A DNA stretch of 64,000 nt from Desulfobacterales bacterium. Its GTDB lineage: Bacteria > Desulfobacterota > Desulfobacteria > Desulfobacterales > JAIPEE01. Of the stretch, positions 56,340-64,000 are shown in pieces. Positions within the stretch are counted from its first letter, which is position 1. Each line of letters starts with the position of its first letter. Below the pieces are notes generated by a model. That model searched no databases. It was not told where the DNA came from and saw nothing but the letters and a program-made list of their open reading frames with translations. Both the position numbers and the translations under genes were made by a program. The stretch lies in the NCBI GenBank assembly GCA_021737275.1, contig JAIPEE010000001.1, positions 115,686-179,685 of the forward strand. The letters run 5' to 3'.

Positions 56340-56765
56340 TTATTTACTTCGTTCGCCCAATTCCTGACAAAATCTTAAAAGATAGCCGTCAGGATCCTGA
56401 ACAAGAAATTGTTTCTGCCCCGAGAATAGCTTGCCAATGTCATACCATGATTCGTCCATATCCTTATATAAAGATATGCCGGCTTTCTTCAGGCGATCAT
56501 AAACCTCTTGTACATCACTCACTTCTATCTGGAAATTAACCCCTCTTCCAAAGGGTTTCTCCATTTCCCCTACAAGCCACGCATCATCTCTCAACTGTTC
56601 AATCATCAACTGTGCCTTGTTATATTCCAGGTATGCAAAGTCAGGGTCAGATCTCTGAAATTTCAGATGAAAACCAATCACATTCAGATAAAAATCTAAA
56701 GACTTTTCAAAGTCGGTGACGACCACCTCGGGAACCATGGGACTCCAATATTCTATAGTATTCAT
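56340..56765 (-). CDS. VOC (glyoxalase/bleomycin-resistance) family protein
   Basis: 141 aa. A beta-alpha-beta-beta-beta module pattern ending VQDPDGYLLRF. Confidence 0.6.
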   Translation of the reverse strand: MNTIEYWSPMVPEVVVTDFEKSLDFYLNVIGFHLKFQRSDPDFAYLEYNKAQLMIEQLRDDAWLVGEMEKPFGRGVNFQIEVSDVQEVYDRLKKAGISLYKDMDESWYDIGKLFSGQKQFLVQDPDGYLLRFCQELGERSK

Positions 56766-56930
56766 AGGTGTCTCTTATTGAAAATATGGGTCTGCCGTAA
56801 TTTGTTCATTTCTTTAATAAGCTTACCGCCAAAGCCCCTGCTATGCATATCTGCCAAAACAGCAAGCAGGGAGAGTATTCAGTACGACCCTTGTGTTTCA
56901 TGCTTTGGGGGCATGCGGTTGTAAGAAGCA

Positions 56931-57728
56931 CTACGCCACAAACAAAAGAAACCGCAAGACTTCGAAATAATTATCGGCTTCAAATTCCACCACATAAGGG
57001 GCCGTTAGTTTGGCACCGGGATAAAAGGCATTGCGATAGGCATTATAATGATCTTTATAGCGTATCTCGACTGTAAAATTCGGCGGTAAATCTATTGACC
57101 GACAGGCCGGTTTTGCCTGCAGGGCCAGTGTCACTTCCTCCCGGATACGGTTCACCGCAACATCGGGATGAATGCTGATCGTTGATTCTCCGATTCCTTC
57201 CTTAACTGCGACAGTCCGAATACCGGATACGAAGTTATGCACTTCATCGCAGAGCCCCTTATCACCCGATACAAATACGATCGGCACCTTGAGCATGGCG
57301 GCAGTATAACCGTTTAGGATAAATTCGGAAGCTTGGTGATCATTGACCCGGATATCGACCACACCGGTCATCAGTGTATGGCTCAGAGGATTGGCGGCAG
57401 TGCCCGAGCCGGAATGGTAGCCAATCAGAACAATTCCATCAAATGTTTCATCCAGTTCCTGTAGCATCATGTATGGATGCCCGCTCCAGCCCCGGATTAA
57501 TTTCACCTCCGGAGGTAATTGAGAAGCAATCAGATTTCTACCGGAATCGTGGGCATCTTTAACCCAGATTTCCGTGGCACCGGCGTTCAAAGCGCCCTCA
57601 CAAGCTGCCCGGACTTCTGCTGTCATTTGTTCTTGAGCTATTTTATGGTCAGGCTTGTGAAGTTTCGCTTCATCCCAGACTGTCACACCTGTCACACCTT
57701 CAATGTCTGCACTGATATAAACTTTCAT
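56931..57728 (-). CDS. dppA: M55 family metallopeptidase (D-aminopeptidase DppA-like)
   Basis: MKVYISADIEGVTGV N-terminus and HSGSG... motifs. 265 aa. The stop is TAG. Confidence 0.75.
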   Translation of the reverse strand: MKVYISADIEGVTGVTVWDEAKLHKPDHKIAQEQMTAEVRAACEGALNAGATEIWVKDAHDSGRNLIASQLPPEVKLIRGWSGHPYMMLQELDETFDGIVLIGYHSGSGTAANPLSHTLMTGVVDIRVNDHQASEFILNGYTAAMLKVPIVFVSGDKGLCDEVHNFVSGIRTVAVKEGIGESTISIHPDVAVNRIREEVTLALQAKPACRSIDLPPNFTVEIRYKDHYNAYRNAFYPGAKLTAPYVVEFEADNYFEVLRFLLFVA

Positions 57729-57745
57729 CTTTTCGTTCCCAAGAA

Positions 57746-59560
57746 TTAAGGTGCGGTTCTATTCTTTTCTCTTTTATCCATCATTTCCCTGACTTTAACA
57801 GCTATCTCTTTTTTTGAAAAAGGTTTCGATATGAAACATACACCCTTTTCCAGTACGCCACGGTGAGCAATTACGTCAGCCGTATAGCCGGACATAAAAA
57901 GTGTTTTGAGTCCGGGATAGTGACTTTGGAGCTGATTTGCCAAATCACGGCCATTCATTTCGGGCATGACGACATCAGTTATAAGAAGATGAATTTTACC
58001 GGCGTGTTCTTTGGCCAAAGTCATGGCTTTACCCGGATTGGTTGTGGACAGAACAGTATACCCCAGACTTTCAAGTGTTTTTTCCACAAGTTTCAGGATA
58101 GAATTATTATCTTCAACCAGTAATATCGTCTCACCCCGGCTTAATGGGTTTTCGGATACACCTTCGCGATCTGCTTCGAGAGAGCGCTTCTTATGCCGGG
58201 GCAGATAAATTTTGATGGCCGTTCCTTTTTCCGGTTCACTTTGTACATTTATGAATCCGTTATTCTGTTTGACAATGCCATAAACAGTTGCCATTCCAAG
58301 CCCGGTCCCCTTACCAATATCTTTTGTTGTAAAAAATGGCTCAAAAACCTTATCAAGAATTTCTGCCGGCATACCTCTCCCATCATCGCTTACGGCAAGC
58401 ATTACATACTCACCTGGAATAAATCCGGCATGATCGGCGCAGTAAGTTTTATCGAAGCTAATCTTCTCAGTTTGGATTGAAATTTTCCCCACATCGGATA
58501 TCGCATCCCGGGCGTTAATACAAAGATTTGCAAGGATTTGGTCAATCTGGGAGGGGTCTATTTTAACAAATCCTTTTTCCCCGGGCATCCAGGTAAGATT
58601 GATATCTTCTCCAATTAGTCGTTGAAGCATTTTGAGCATATTTGCTACAGTTTTGTTCAAGTCAAGTACCCTGGGAGCTATGGTTTGTTGACGGGCAAAA
58701 GCCATTAATTGCCGTGTAATGTTTGTCGAACGCATTGCAGCTGTAATAATTTCCTTGATATTACTATACAGAGGGTCACCTTGCTTAACCTTTTCCAGGG
58801 CCAGTTCCGAATATCCGAGTATGATACTGGATATATTGTTGTAGTCATGTGCTACCCCCCCTGCTAGCCGTCCTATGGATTCCATCTTCTGAGCCTGTAT
58901 AAACTGAGCTTGCAGATTTTTGCGTTCAGTGATATTTCGTCCAATACTCAATACACCAACCAATCGATGGTCATTCCCATATATCGGTGTTTTTATTGTT
59001 TCCAGAATTTCATGATGCCCATCTTCTGCAAAAGTAATTTCCTCTTCATTTATAATGGCTTTTCCTTTAGCAATTACCTCTTTATCATGCTTAAGAAAAA
59101 AATCCGCTAATTCTTTATCTACAAAATCATAATCTGTTTTTCCTACAATTTCCCTTTCTTTTGCACCAAAAAAACTTTCAAACCTCGAATTGCAGTAAAG
59201 ATATACCCCATTGGGATCTTTCAACCATATTAAATCAGGAATTGAACGTATCAATGTTTTGAACTTCTCTTCGTTTTCTATGAGTAATGCCTCTGCTTTT
59301 TTCCTTCTTGAAAGAAATACGGCAACGATAAGGCCGCTAACCAAACATGCAAAAGCGAACGAAAGCCGGACAAACAAAGAGTGCATGGGAACTCTTAAAA
59401 ATAGTGATTCCAATAAAGTTTCAGGACCCTCCAGCACCAGAAAAGATAAATTCTGATGGAAAAAAATGAACTCGAAATATCCGTCGATAAACCAGAATAA
59501 CAACCCGGCCACAATGGCGACAGAAAGAGCATTAATATATACTTTAGCAGTTTTATTCAT
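57746..59560 (-). CDS. hybrid sensor histidine kinase/response regulator (TM-PAS-HisKA-HATPase-REC)
   Basis: PAS ([20 protein letters not shown]), H-box [26 protein letters not shown] ATPase motifs, and a C-terminal receiver (ILLVEDN...[13 protein letters not shown]). Confidence 0.85.
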   Translation of the reverse strand: MNKTAKVYINALSVAIVAGLLFWFIDGYFEFIFFHQNLSFLVLEGPETLLESLFLRVPMHSLFVRLSFAFACLVSGLIVAVFLSRRKKAEALLIENEEKFKTLIRSIPDLIWLKDPNGVYLYCNSRFESFFGAKEREIVGKTDYDFVDKELADFFLKHDKEVIAKGKAIINEEEITFAEDGHHEILETIKTPIYGNDHRLVGVLSIGRNITERKNLQAQFIQAQKMESIGRLAGGVAHDYNNISSIILGYSELALEKVKQGDPLYSNIKEIITAAMRSTNITRQLMAFARQQTIAPRVLDLNKTVANMLKMLQRLIGEDINLTWMPGEKGFVKIDPSQIDQILANLCINARDAISDVGKISIQTEKISFDKTYCADHAGFIPGEYVMLAVSDDGRGMPAEILDKVFEPFFTTKDIGKGTGLGMATVYGIVKQNNGFINVQSEPEKGTAIKIYLPRHKKRSLEADREGVSENPLSRGETILLVEDNNSILKLVEKTLESLGYTVLSTTNPGKAMTLAKEHAGKIHLLITDVVMPEMNGRDLANQLQSHYPGLKTLFMSGYTADVIAHRGVLEKGVCFISKPFSKKEIAVKVREMMDKREKNRTAP

Positions 59561-59579
59561 AAAAGCCGTATTAACTCCA

Positions 59580-60737
59580 TTAAGGCGTTTCTATTTTATC
59601 GTAAACAATTCCGGTAATCTTCATTAAATTTACAGGAGGATTATAACCAATGCGCCTGGCTGTTTCCAGATTGATTGCCAGCGTAAGCTCCTCTTTCAAT
59701 ACCTGGTTTAAATCTCCGGGTTTTACACCATTAAAAATTTGGACAATACTTTCTGCGTAGAATCGGCCGGGCAGTTTGAAATTTTCCCTCCCCACACTCA
59801 GCAGCACCCCATTTCTAACATGTGTTATCCCCCAGTTAGACCAGGTTCGGACATTGTACCTGGAAAGCACCGCCAACGGTATTGATATGTTTTCAGGATC
59901 AGCCCCCCGATGCGCCGCAAAATAGAATGCATCTATATCCGGCGCTAATTTTTCAGCACATGCAACGTAAGCCCTGACAGCCTCATCCTCGGATATATTC
60001 ATGTCCGGAGCAATACACTCATGAAGTTCAAAACCTCTCTCTTTTGCAACTATCCTCAAATCCTCCAGGTTTGAATAAGCTCTTCCATCCGTCGTATCCT
60101 CATAAATGATCCCAAGCCGGGCAAACCTGATGATGTCGTGAAACAATCGTATCTGCCTCCTGTAGCGTGTCGGATCACACTCTGCAATGACATGATCAAA
60201 ACCGGAATTTTCCGCACTTTTTATAATACCGGCTGTAATGGGATCGGAGGTTGACATGACAATAGTGGGCACACTGTGGCTGTTATTTGCCAAGTCCAGC
60301 CCGGCCCAGGTTCCGAGAGCAAGTATCAGATCTATCTTTTTATCACAAAGGTAATCCAGACATTCACGTCTGTTTTTTTCTCGTAAACCGTCTTCCCAAC
60401 TTGAAGACCAGAAGGCATCTTCTACAAAGTCGAGATAGCTGCTCTTGACATTATGAGACAACCAGCTCCACAAAATTTCTGCATCATCTGTATTTTGTAA
60501 CGCCGGTAGCTCAAATTTTTTGATCCATCCCAAATCTGCAAGGCTTTTCATTGTTTCTATCAAGGTTTCCTGATAATCCGGCCATGGTCCACCTTCATAG
60601 TATCCGATGCGCCATTTTTTTCCGTTGTTTAATGTGGGTGATGTTTTTGCAGCGACAGCATCTGTCAGGAAAACTAATAGAAAAAATACAGATATGACGG
60701 ACATTAAGATCAGGCTTGGATTTACTTTTTTTCTCAT
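59580..60737 (-). CDS. periplasmic ABC-type substrate-binding-like protein (COG2984-like), probably a sensor partner of the adjacent kinase
   Basis: The signal peptide begins at MRKKVNPSLILMSV (60737). The periplasmic-binding-fold length fits. A 20-nt gap separates it from the kinase gene. Confidence 0.45.
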   Translation of the reverse strand: MRKKVNPSLILMSVISVFFLLVFLTDAVAAKTSPTLNNGKKWRIGYYEGGPWPDYQETLIETMKSLADLGWIKKFELPALQNTDDAEILWSWLSHNVKSSYLDFVEDAFWSSSWEDGLREKNRRECLDYLCDKKIDLILALGTWAGLDLANNSHSVPTIVMSTSDPITAGIIKSAENSGFDHVIAECDPTRYRRQIRLFHDIIRFARLGIIYEDTTDGRAYSNLEDLRIVAKERGFELHECIAPDMNISEDEAVRAYVACAEKLAPDIDAFYFAAHRGADPENISIPLAVLSRYNVRTWSNWGITHVRNGVLLSVGRENFKLPGRFYAESIVQIFNGVKPGDLNQVLKEELTLAINLETARRIGYNPPVNLMKITGIVYDKIETP

Positions 60738-61004
60738 CTTGACCTCATGCATTATAAAAGAGTTATGGGTCAAAGCATGTTAATTAATATTTAATATCAT
60801 TTATTCTTTAATTGTTCAATGACTGGTTCACGCCTCTCTACTATATAGCGGAACGCAGACCTGCCGCCATGGTTTTATGGGATACGTTTTTTGTAGGTTC
60901 TGAAGCCGCTTTATTCAGGAAAGGCCACAATATTGGCTCACCATCTAAAAAAGGAAGTAGTCTTACATTAAGTTTTTTTGATTTTTCCTGGTACCATATT
61001 TATT

Positions 61005-61946
61005 TTAAACCATACAAGCCTTATAAATTTCTTCAATATGACGTTGATCCGACCCACAACAACCACCCAGAATGTTTAAATGCGGCAACCTTTCTTTCAG
61101 CGCCTTATACTGCTGCCCAAACTCTTCCGGATTTCCCTCATCAAAGTCATCGGCCGCTTCCATCTCGGCATGACTCCGTGTAGAGGCATTTGCCCTGATT
61201 CCCCGGATTCTTTCAAGCCAGGGTTCACCAGAAACCAATATTCCCTCAAAATGGGTCGGATGAGCACAGTTAATCATATAATAAAGTGGTAAATTGTCTG
61301 TCGCCTTATCCGTTTTTTCGATGGCTTCCTTCAGGGTCAGGCCGCAATCCAGGTTTCCATCTGTCTCAACTGCAAAAGAGATCACCACCGGCATATTTAA
61401 TGATTTTGCTGCATGACATACCCCGATAGCCTCTTCCGTATTGGTTAAGGTACAGGCTGTTACAAAGTCCGCATCTGTTTCGCTGAATATTTTTAGTTGT
61501 GCAAAATGATACTTTTCAGCTTCTTTCTCACTCATCATTTCTCCCGGAATATAGCCATCTATTCGTGGTCCTATACTGCCGCAAATAACAATTTTATTTT
61601 TTTCAGTTTCAAAGCGGTTTCTCATTTCAAGGAGTACTTTAATTGCTTTTCGGTTTGCATTGCCCAAAGCCTCTCTTGAATATCCAAGTTTTTCACCCCA
61701 ATCGGAACTGGCACGGAAAGTGACACTTTCAAAAATGAAATTCACATTATATTTTTCAACTAATTCTCCATAAGAAGAATAGTAGTTGCGAAGATGCTCA
61801 CACCCTTCATCATTTTTGTAAAGGTCAAAGGCGGCAAATTCAGGCAAATCAAGACCGTATTTAAAGATAAGGGTGGTTTCCGGCCCACCCTCCATTAAGA
61901 ACATATCTCCATTCAACTGGGGTAAATTTTTTCTGTACTTAAACAT
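61005..61946 (-). CDS. homocysteine S-methyltransferase-family (Pfam S-methyl_trans) protein
   Basis: Zn-thiolate motif cysteines: ICGSIGP and C-terminal ILGGCCGS. The start is placed at MFKYRKNL after GGAGGG. Confidence 0.7.
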   Translation of the reverse strand: MFKYRKNLPQLNGDMFLMEGGPETTLIFKYGLDLPEFAAFDLYKNDEGCEHLRNYYSSYGELVEKYNVNFIFESVTFRASSDWGEKLGYSREALGNANRKAIKVLLEMRNRFETEKNKIVICGSIGPRIDGYIPGEMMSEKEAEKYHFAQLKIFSETDADFVTACTLTNTEEAIGVCHAAKSLNMPVVISFAVETDGNLDCGLTLKEAIEKTDKATDNLPLYYMINCAHPTHFEGILVSGEPWLERIRGIRANASTRSHAEMEAADDFDEGNPEEFGQQYKALKERLPHLNILGGCCGSDQRHIEEIYKACMV

Positions 61947-62295
61947 TTTCCCTCCAATCAATCCCATAAACATTTACGCATGAATCACAGGACATTTTTT
62001 ACACAAATAAATCAATTCAAAATATATAATGCCCGAAATTTTTGATAAAGCAACATAAGAAATTACGGTTATTTTCATTGTACAGCCCCTTTAACATTAA
62101 CAGGCTGATCTTACATAAAACTATTGTCAGACCGGGAATAAATTGCCTTGTTTATTAAATTAGCCGGGTTAAAAAAATCTGTATTTCTTGTAACATACTA
62201 AAATCTATTAGATAATCACCATAGAGATGTTCTGGCATCTAATTTGCTTATTATTAATGATGAACAAATTTCTTTTAACGTTTGGAGGAAAACAA

Positions 62296-62430
62296 ATGGA
62301 ATATCTGACGGCGTCGGGCGTATGCCTTGCCCTTCTTGTGGGCAGTATCATCTATGAAGCCCGTAGAATGAAAATAGAAAACAGAAAGATCATGGACCGG
62401 ATCATGAATCTTTATCAGAACCACAAGTGA
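62296..62430 (+). CDS. small single-TM protein upstream of the stator genes
   Basis: 44 aa, MEYLTASGVCLALLVGSIIYEARRMK..., with GGAGG 7 nt upstream. The ORF track starts earlier, at 62227. Confidence 0.35.
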   Translation: MEYLTASGVCLALLVGSIIYEARRMKIENRKIMDRIMNLYQNHK

Positions 62431-62453
62431 GGCTATAAAACAGGTACTTATAA

Positions 62454-63296
62454 ATGAACAATAAATTACCGATTCCAACTGATCAGCCGGATACGGAGAA
62501 GTCTTCCTTTTACGGAAGCATAGACAGCGCCCGGAGTCTCTATGAATATGAAAAGCTGTTTTCCGGTCCGCGCGAACAAAAGCAGCGCCGAATGATCTGG
62601 TCCATTGCGTGGTCCGATTTAATGATGACCATGTTCATATTCTTTGCGGTCCTTTATATATACCAGGTTGCCAATCGTGATTTTTCATTTGGAAGAAATG
62701 TTGATGTACAGGCCATGCCTGAGGCGACGACTCAAACTATTTCGCAACCTGAAATCAACAATATTGAAACTGCACCGGATGCCGACCCTTCCATAATTGC
62801 CGAAAAAAACAGCGATACTTTAAGGGTTCAGCAACTTTCAGATATCGGTACGGTCGAACTGCTTGATGACAGTGCTGTCCGGGTTGTTCTGCCGGCAGAT
62901 CTTTTGTTTGATCCGGGCCGGGCCGAATTACAACCACGCTCCATTGATGCATTGCATGAAATTGCAGATGTTCTTTTTCTGACGGACTATAAAATTAATG
63001 TAGTGGGACATACCGATGACATCCCCATCCATTCAGAAAAGTTCTCCACAAACTGGGAGCTTTCAGCTTTCCGTGCCTGTGTGGTCGCCCGGTTCTTAAT
63101 TGAAGAGCGGCATCTTTCACCCAAAAGATTCTATATCAGTGGATATTCTTACTATGAGCCCCTTAAACCCAATGACAGTAAAGACAATCGTGCTGTCAAC
63201 AGGCGGGTAGAACTCATTCTGACAAAGGATAAACCGGCTGCTGACATACAAGAAAATATTACAACTGATAACTGGCAGGCAAAGATCAATAATTAA
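62454..63296 (+). CDS. motB: MotB/OmpA-family stator protein
   Basis: WSIAWSDLMMTMFIFFAVLY is the conserved Asp plug/TM region. The C-terminal OmpA-like domain has NWELSAFRA...NRRVELIL. Confidence 0.75.
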   Translation: MNNKLPIPTDQPDTEKSSFYGSIDSARSLYEYEKLFSGPREQKQRRMIWSIAWSDLMMTMFIFFAVLYIYQVANRDFSFGRNVDVQAMPEATTQTISQPEINNIETAPDADPSIIAEKNSDTLRVQQLSDIGTVELLDDSAVRVVLPADLLFDPGRAELQPRSIDALHEIADVLFLTDYKINVVGHTDDIPIHSEKFSTNWELSAFRACVVARFLIEERHLSPKRFYISGYSYYEPLKPNDSKDNRAVNRRVELILTKDKPAADIQENITTDNWQAKINN

Positions 63297-63342
63297 ATCA
63301 ATGGCCCGGTTTAATCATTGGCTTTAAACAGGAGAGATCATA

Positions 63343-64000
63343 ATGGCATCATCCACCCATAGAACCGGAATAAGAAACTTTAAAACCTTTGCCCGATATA
63401 ACCGAAACATACTTGGCCTTTGCGGCTTTCTACTTCTTTTTTGTGGCGGTTTTTTTATTCACGGCAATATTGGCCTTTTTTTTAACTTTGCCGGTTTTTT
63501 AATTGTCATCGGCGGTACTTTTGCCGCAGCCCTGATCAGTTTTGGTTTTAACCGGCTGGCCATTGTTTACAAAGTTCTCCGGACTTCATTCAAGACCCGT
63601 GAAAAGACACCCAATGAAATTGTAGAAATACTGGTTGATCTCTCTTTAAAAAGCAAAGTACAAGGATTATTGTCACTCCAGGAAGATGAAGAGGAATCTA
63701 CCGTTCTTTTTCTGAGACGCGCCCTTGGATACCTGGTAGATGCTTATCCGCCGCAACAAATAAAAGATCTTCTTATTACCGAGATCCACTTTTTCAGAAC
63801 ACGGCGGGAAGAGAGCGAACGAGTCCTCAGGACACTTGCGGACATCAGTCCGGCCTTTGGTCTCATTGGAAGCGTGGTAGGCCTTATGGGGATGCTGGCC
63901 GGTATAGGGGATACAACAACCATACTGGCAACGATTCCCATCGCATTAACATCCACATTGTATGGCGTACTGTTTGCCAACTTTATATTTTCACCCTTTG
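63343..64000 (+). CDS. motA: MotA/TolQ/ExbB-family proton channel protein; the 3' end lies beyond the window
   Basis: Hand translation from ATG 63343 (after GGAGAG) gives MASSTHRTGIRNFKTF...SPAFGLIGSVVGLMGML...ALTSTLYGVLFANFIFSPF. The frame is open to the window edge. Confidence 0.7.
   Translation, partial: MASSTHRTGIRNFKTFARYNRNILGLCGFLLLFCGGFFIHGNIGLFFNFAGFLIVIGGTFAAALISFGFNRLAIVYKVLRTSFKTREKTPNEIVEILVDLSLKSKVQGLLSLQEDEEESTVLFLRRALGYLVDAYPPQQIKDLLITEIHFFRTRREESERVLRTLADISPAFGLIGSVVGLMGMLAGIGDTTTILATIPIALTSTLYGVLFANFIFSPF

Noticed and set aside
1-64000. CRISPR arrays, insertion sequences, integrases, prophage or defence-system genes.
   Set aside because: I noticed no direct-repeat arrays, transposase or integrase-like translations, or typical defence domains in any frame of the ORF track. 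A computational repeat search was not run.

Overview
This is a 64-kb, gene-dense chromosomal segment. I call 67 CDS. I saw no rRNA, tRNA, CRISPR array, transposase or integrase. The gene content suggests a low-GC sulfate-reducing deltaproteobacterium (Desulfobacterales-like), based on hdrCBA-flxDCBA, a canonical dsrC and an Ahb-type siroheme decarboxylase subunit. That taxonomic guess is inference only.

Layout:
- 1-6.8 kb: glycogen catabolism (glgP, a stand-alone CBM48 protein, and a 1433-aa GH13+GDE fusion).
- 7-22.6 kb: mixed housekeeping and stress genes (CaCA antiporter, trmL, gloA, bcp, a Spy/ZraP-like gene with a well-spaced sigma-54 promoter, two PilZ receptors, miaA).
- 22.8-32.3 kb: rubrerythrin-like gene, flxABCD-hdrABC, tandem Usp, dsrC.
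- 35.5-39.2 kb: NikK-M-L-Q-O-type ECF Ni/Co importer behind a structured leader.
- 40.3-46.9 kb, all on the minus strand: lysine 2,3-aminomutase, Ddl-like ATP-grasp, ATP-grasp::GNAT fusion, ABC-2 exporter, LysE exporter.
- 47.3-48.7 kb: a dimethylamine methyltransferase gene (mtbB) interrupted by a single in-frame TAG at the position expected for pyrrolysine.
- 48.9-54.5 kb: orphan family-5 SBP, then a BtuFCD/FecBCD-type ABC importer plus a TrmO-like gene.
- 54.8-64 kb: FAD oxidoreductase, VOC protein, DppA, hybrid histidine kinase with a periplasmic binding protein, homocysteine S-methyltransferase-family protein, and a motB-motA-like stator pair.

Most noteworthy:
1. The amber-recoded mtbB, which has no partner or pyl genes in the window.
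2. The kamA / 2x ATP-grasp / GNAT cluster. Its domain combination does not match the beta-lysine pathways I know.
3. Two paralogous terminator-containing leaders in front of the two metal/corrinoid-type importers.

All calls rest on reading the supplied translations and sequence by eye. No database search or folding computation was run.
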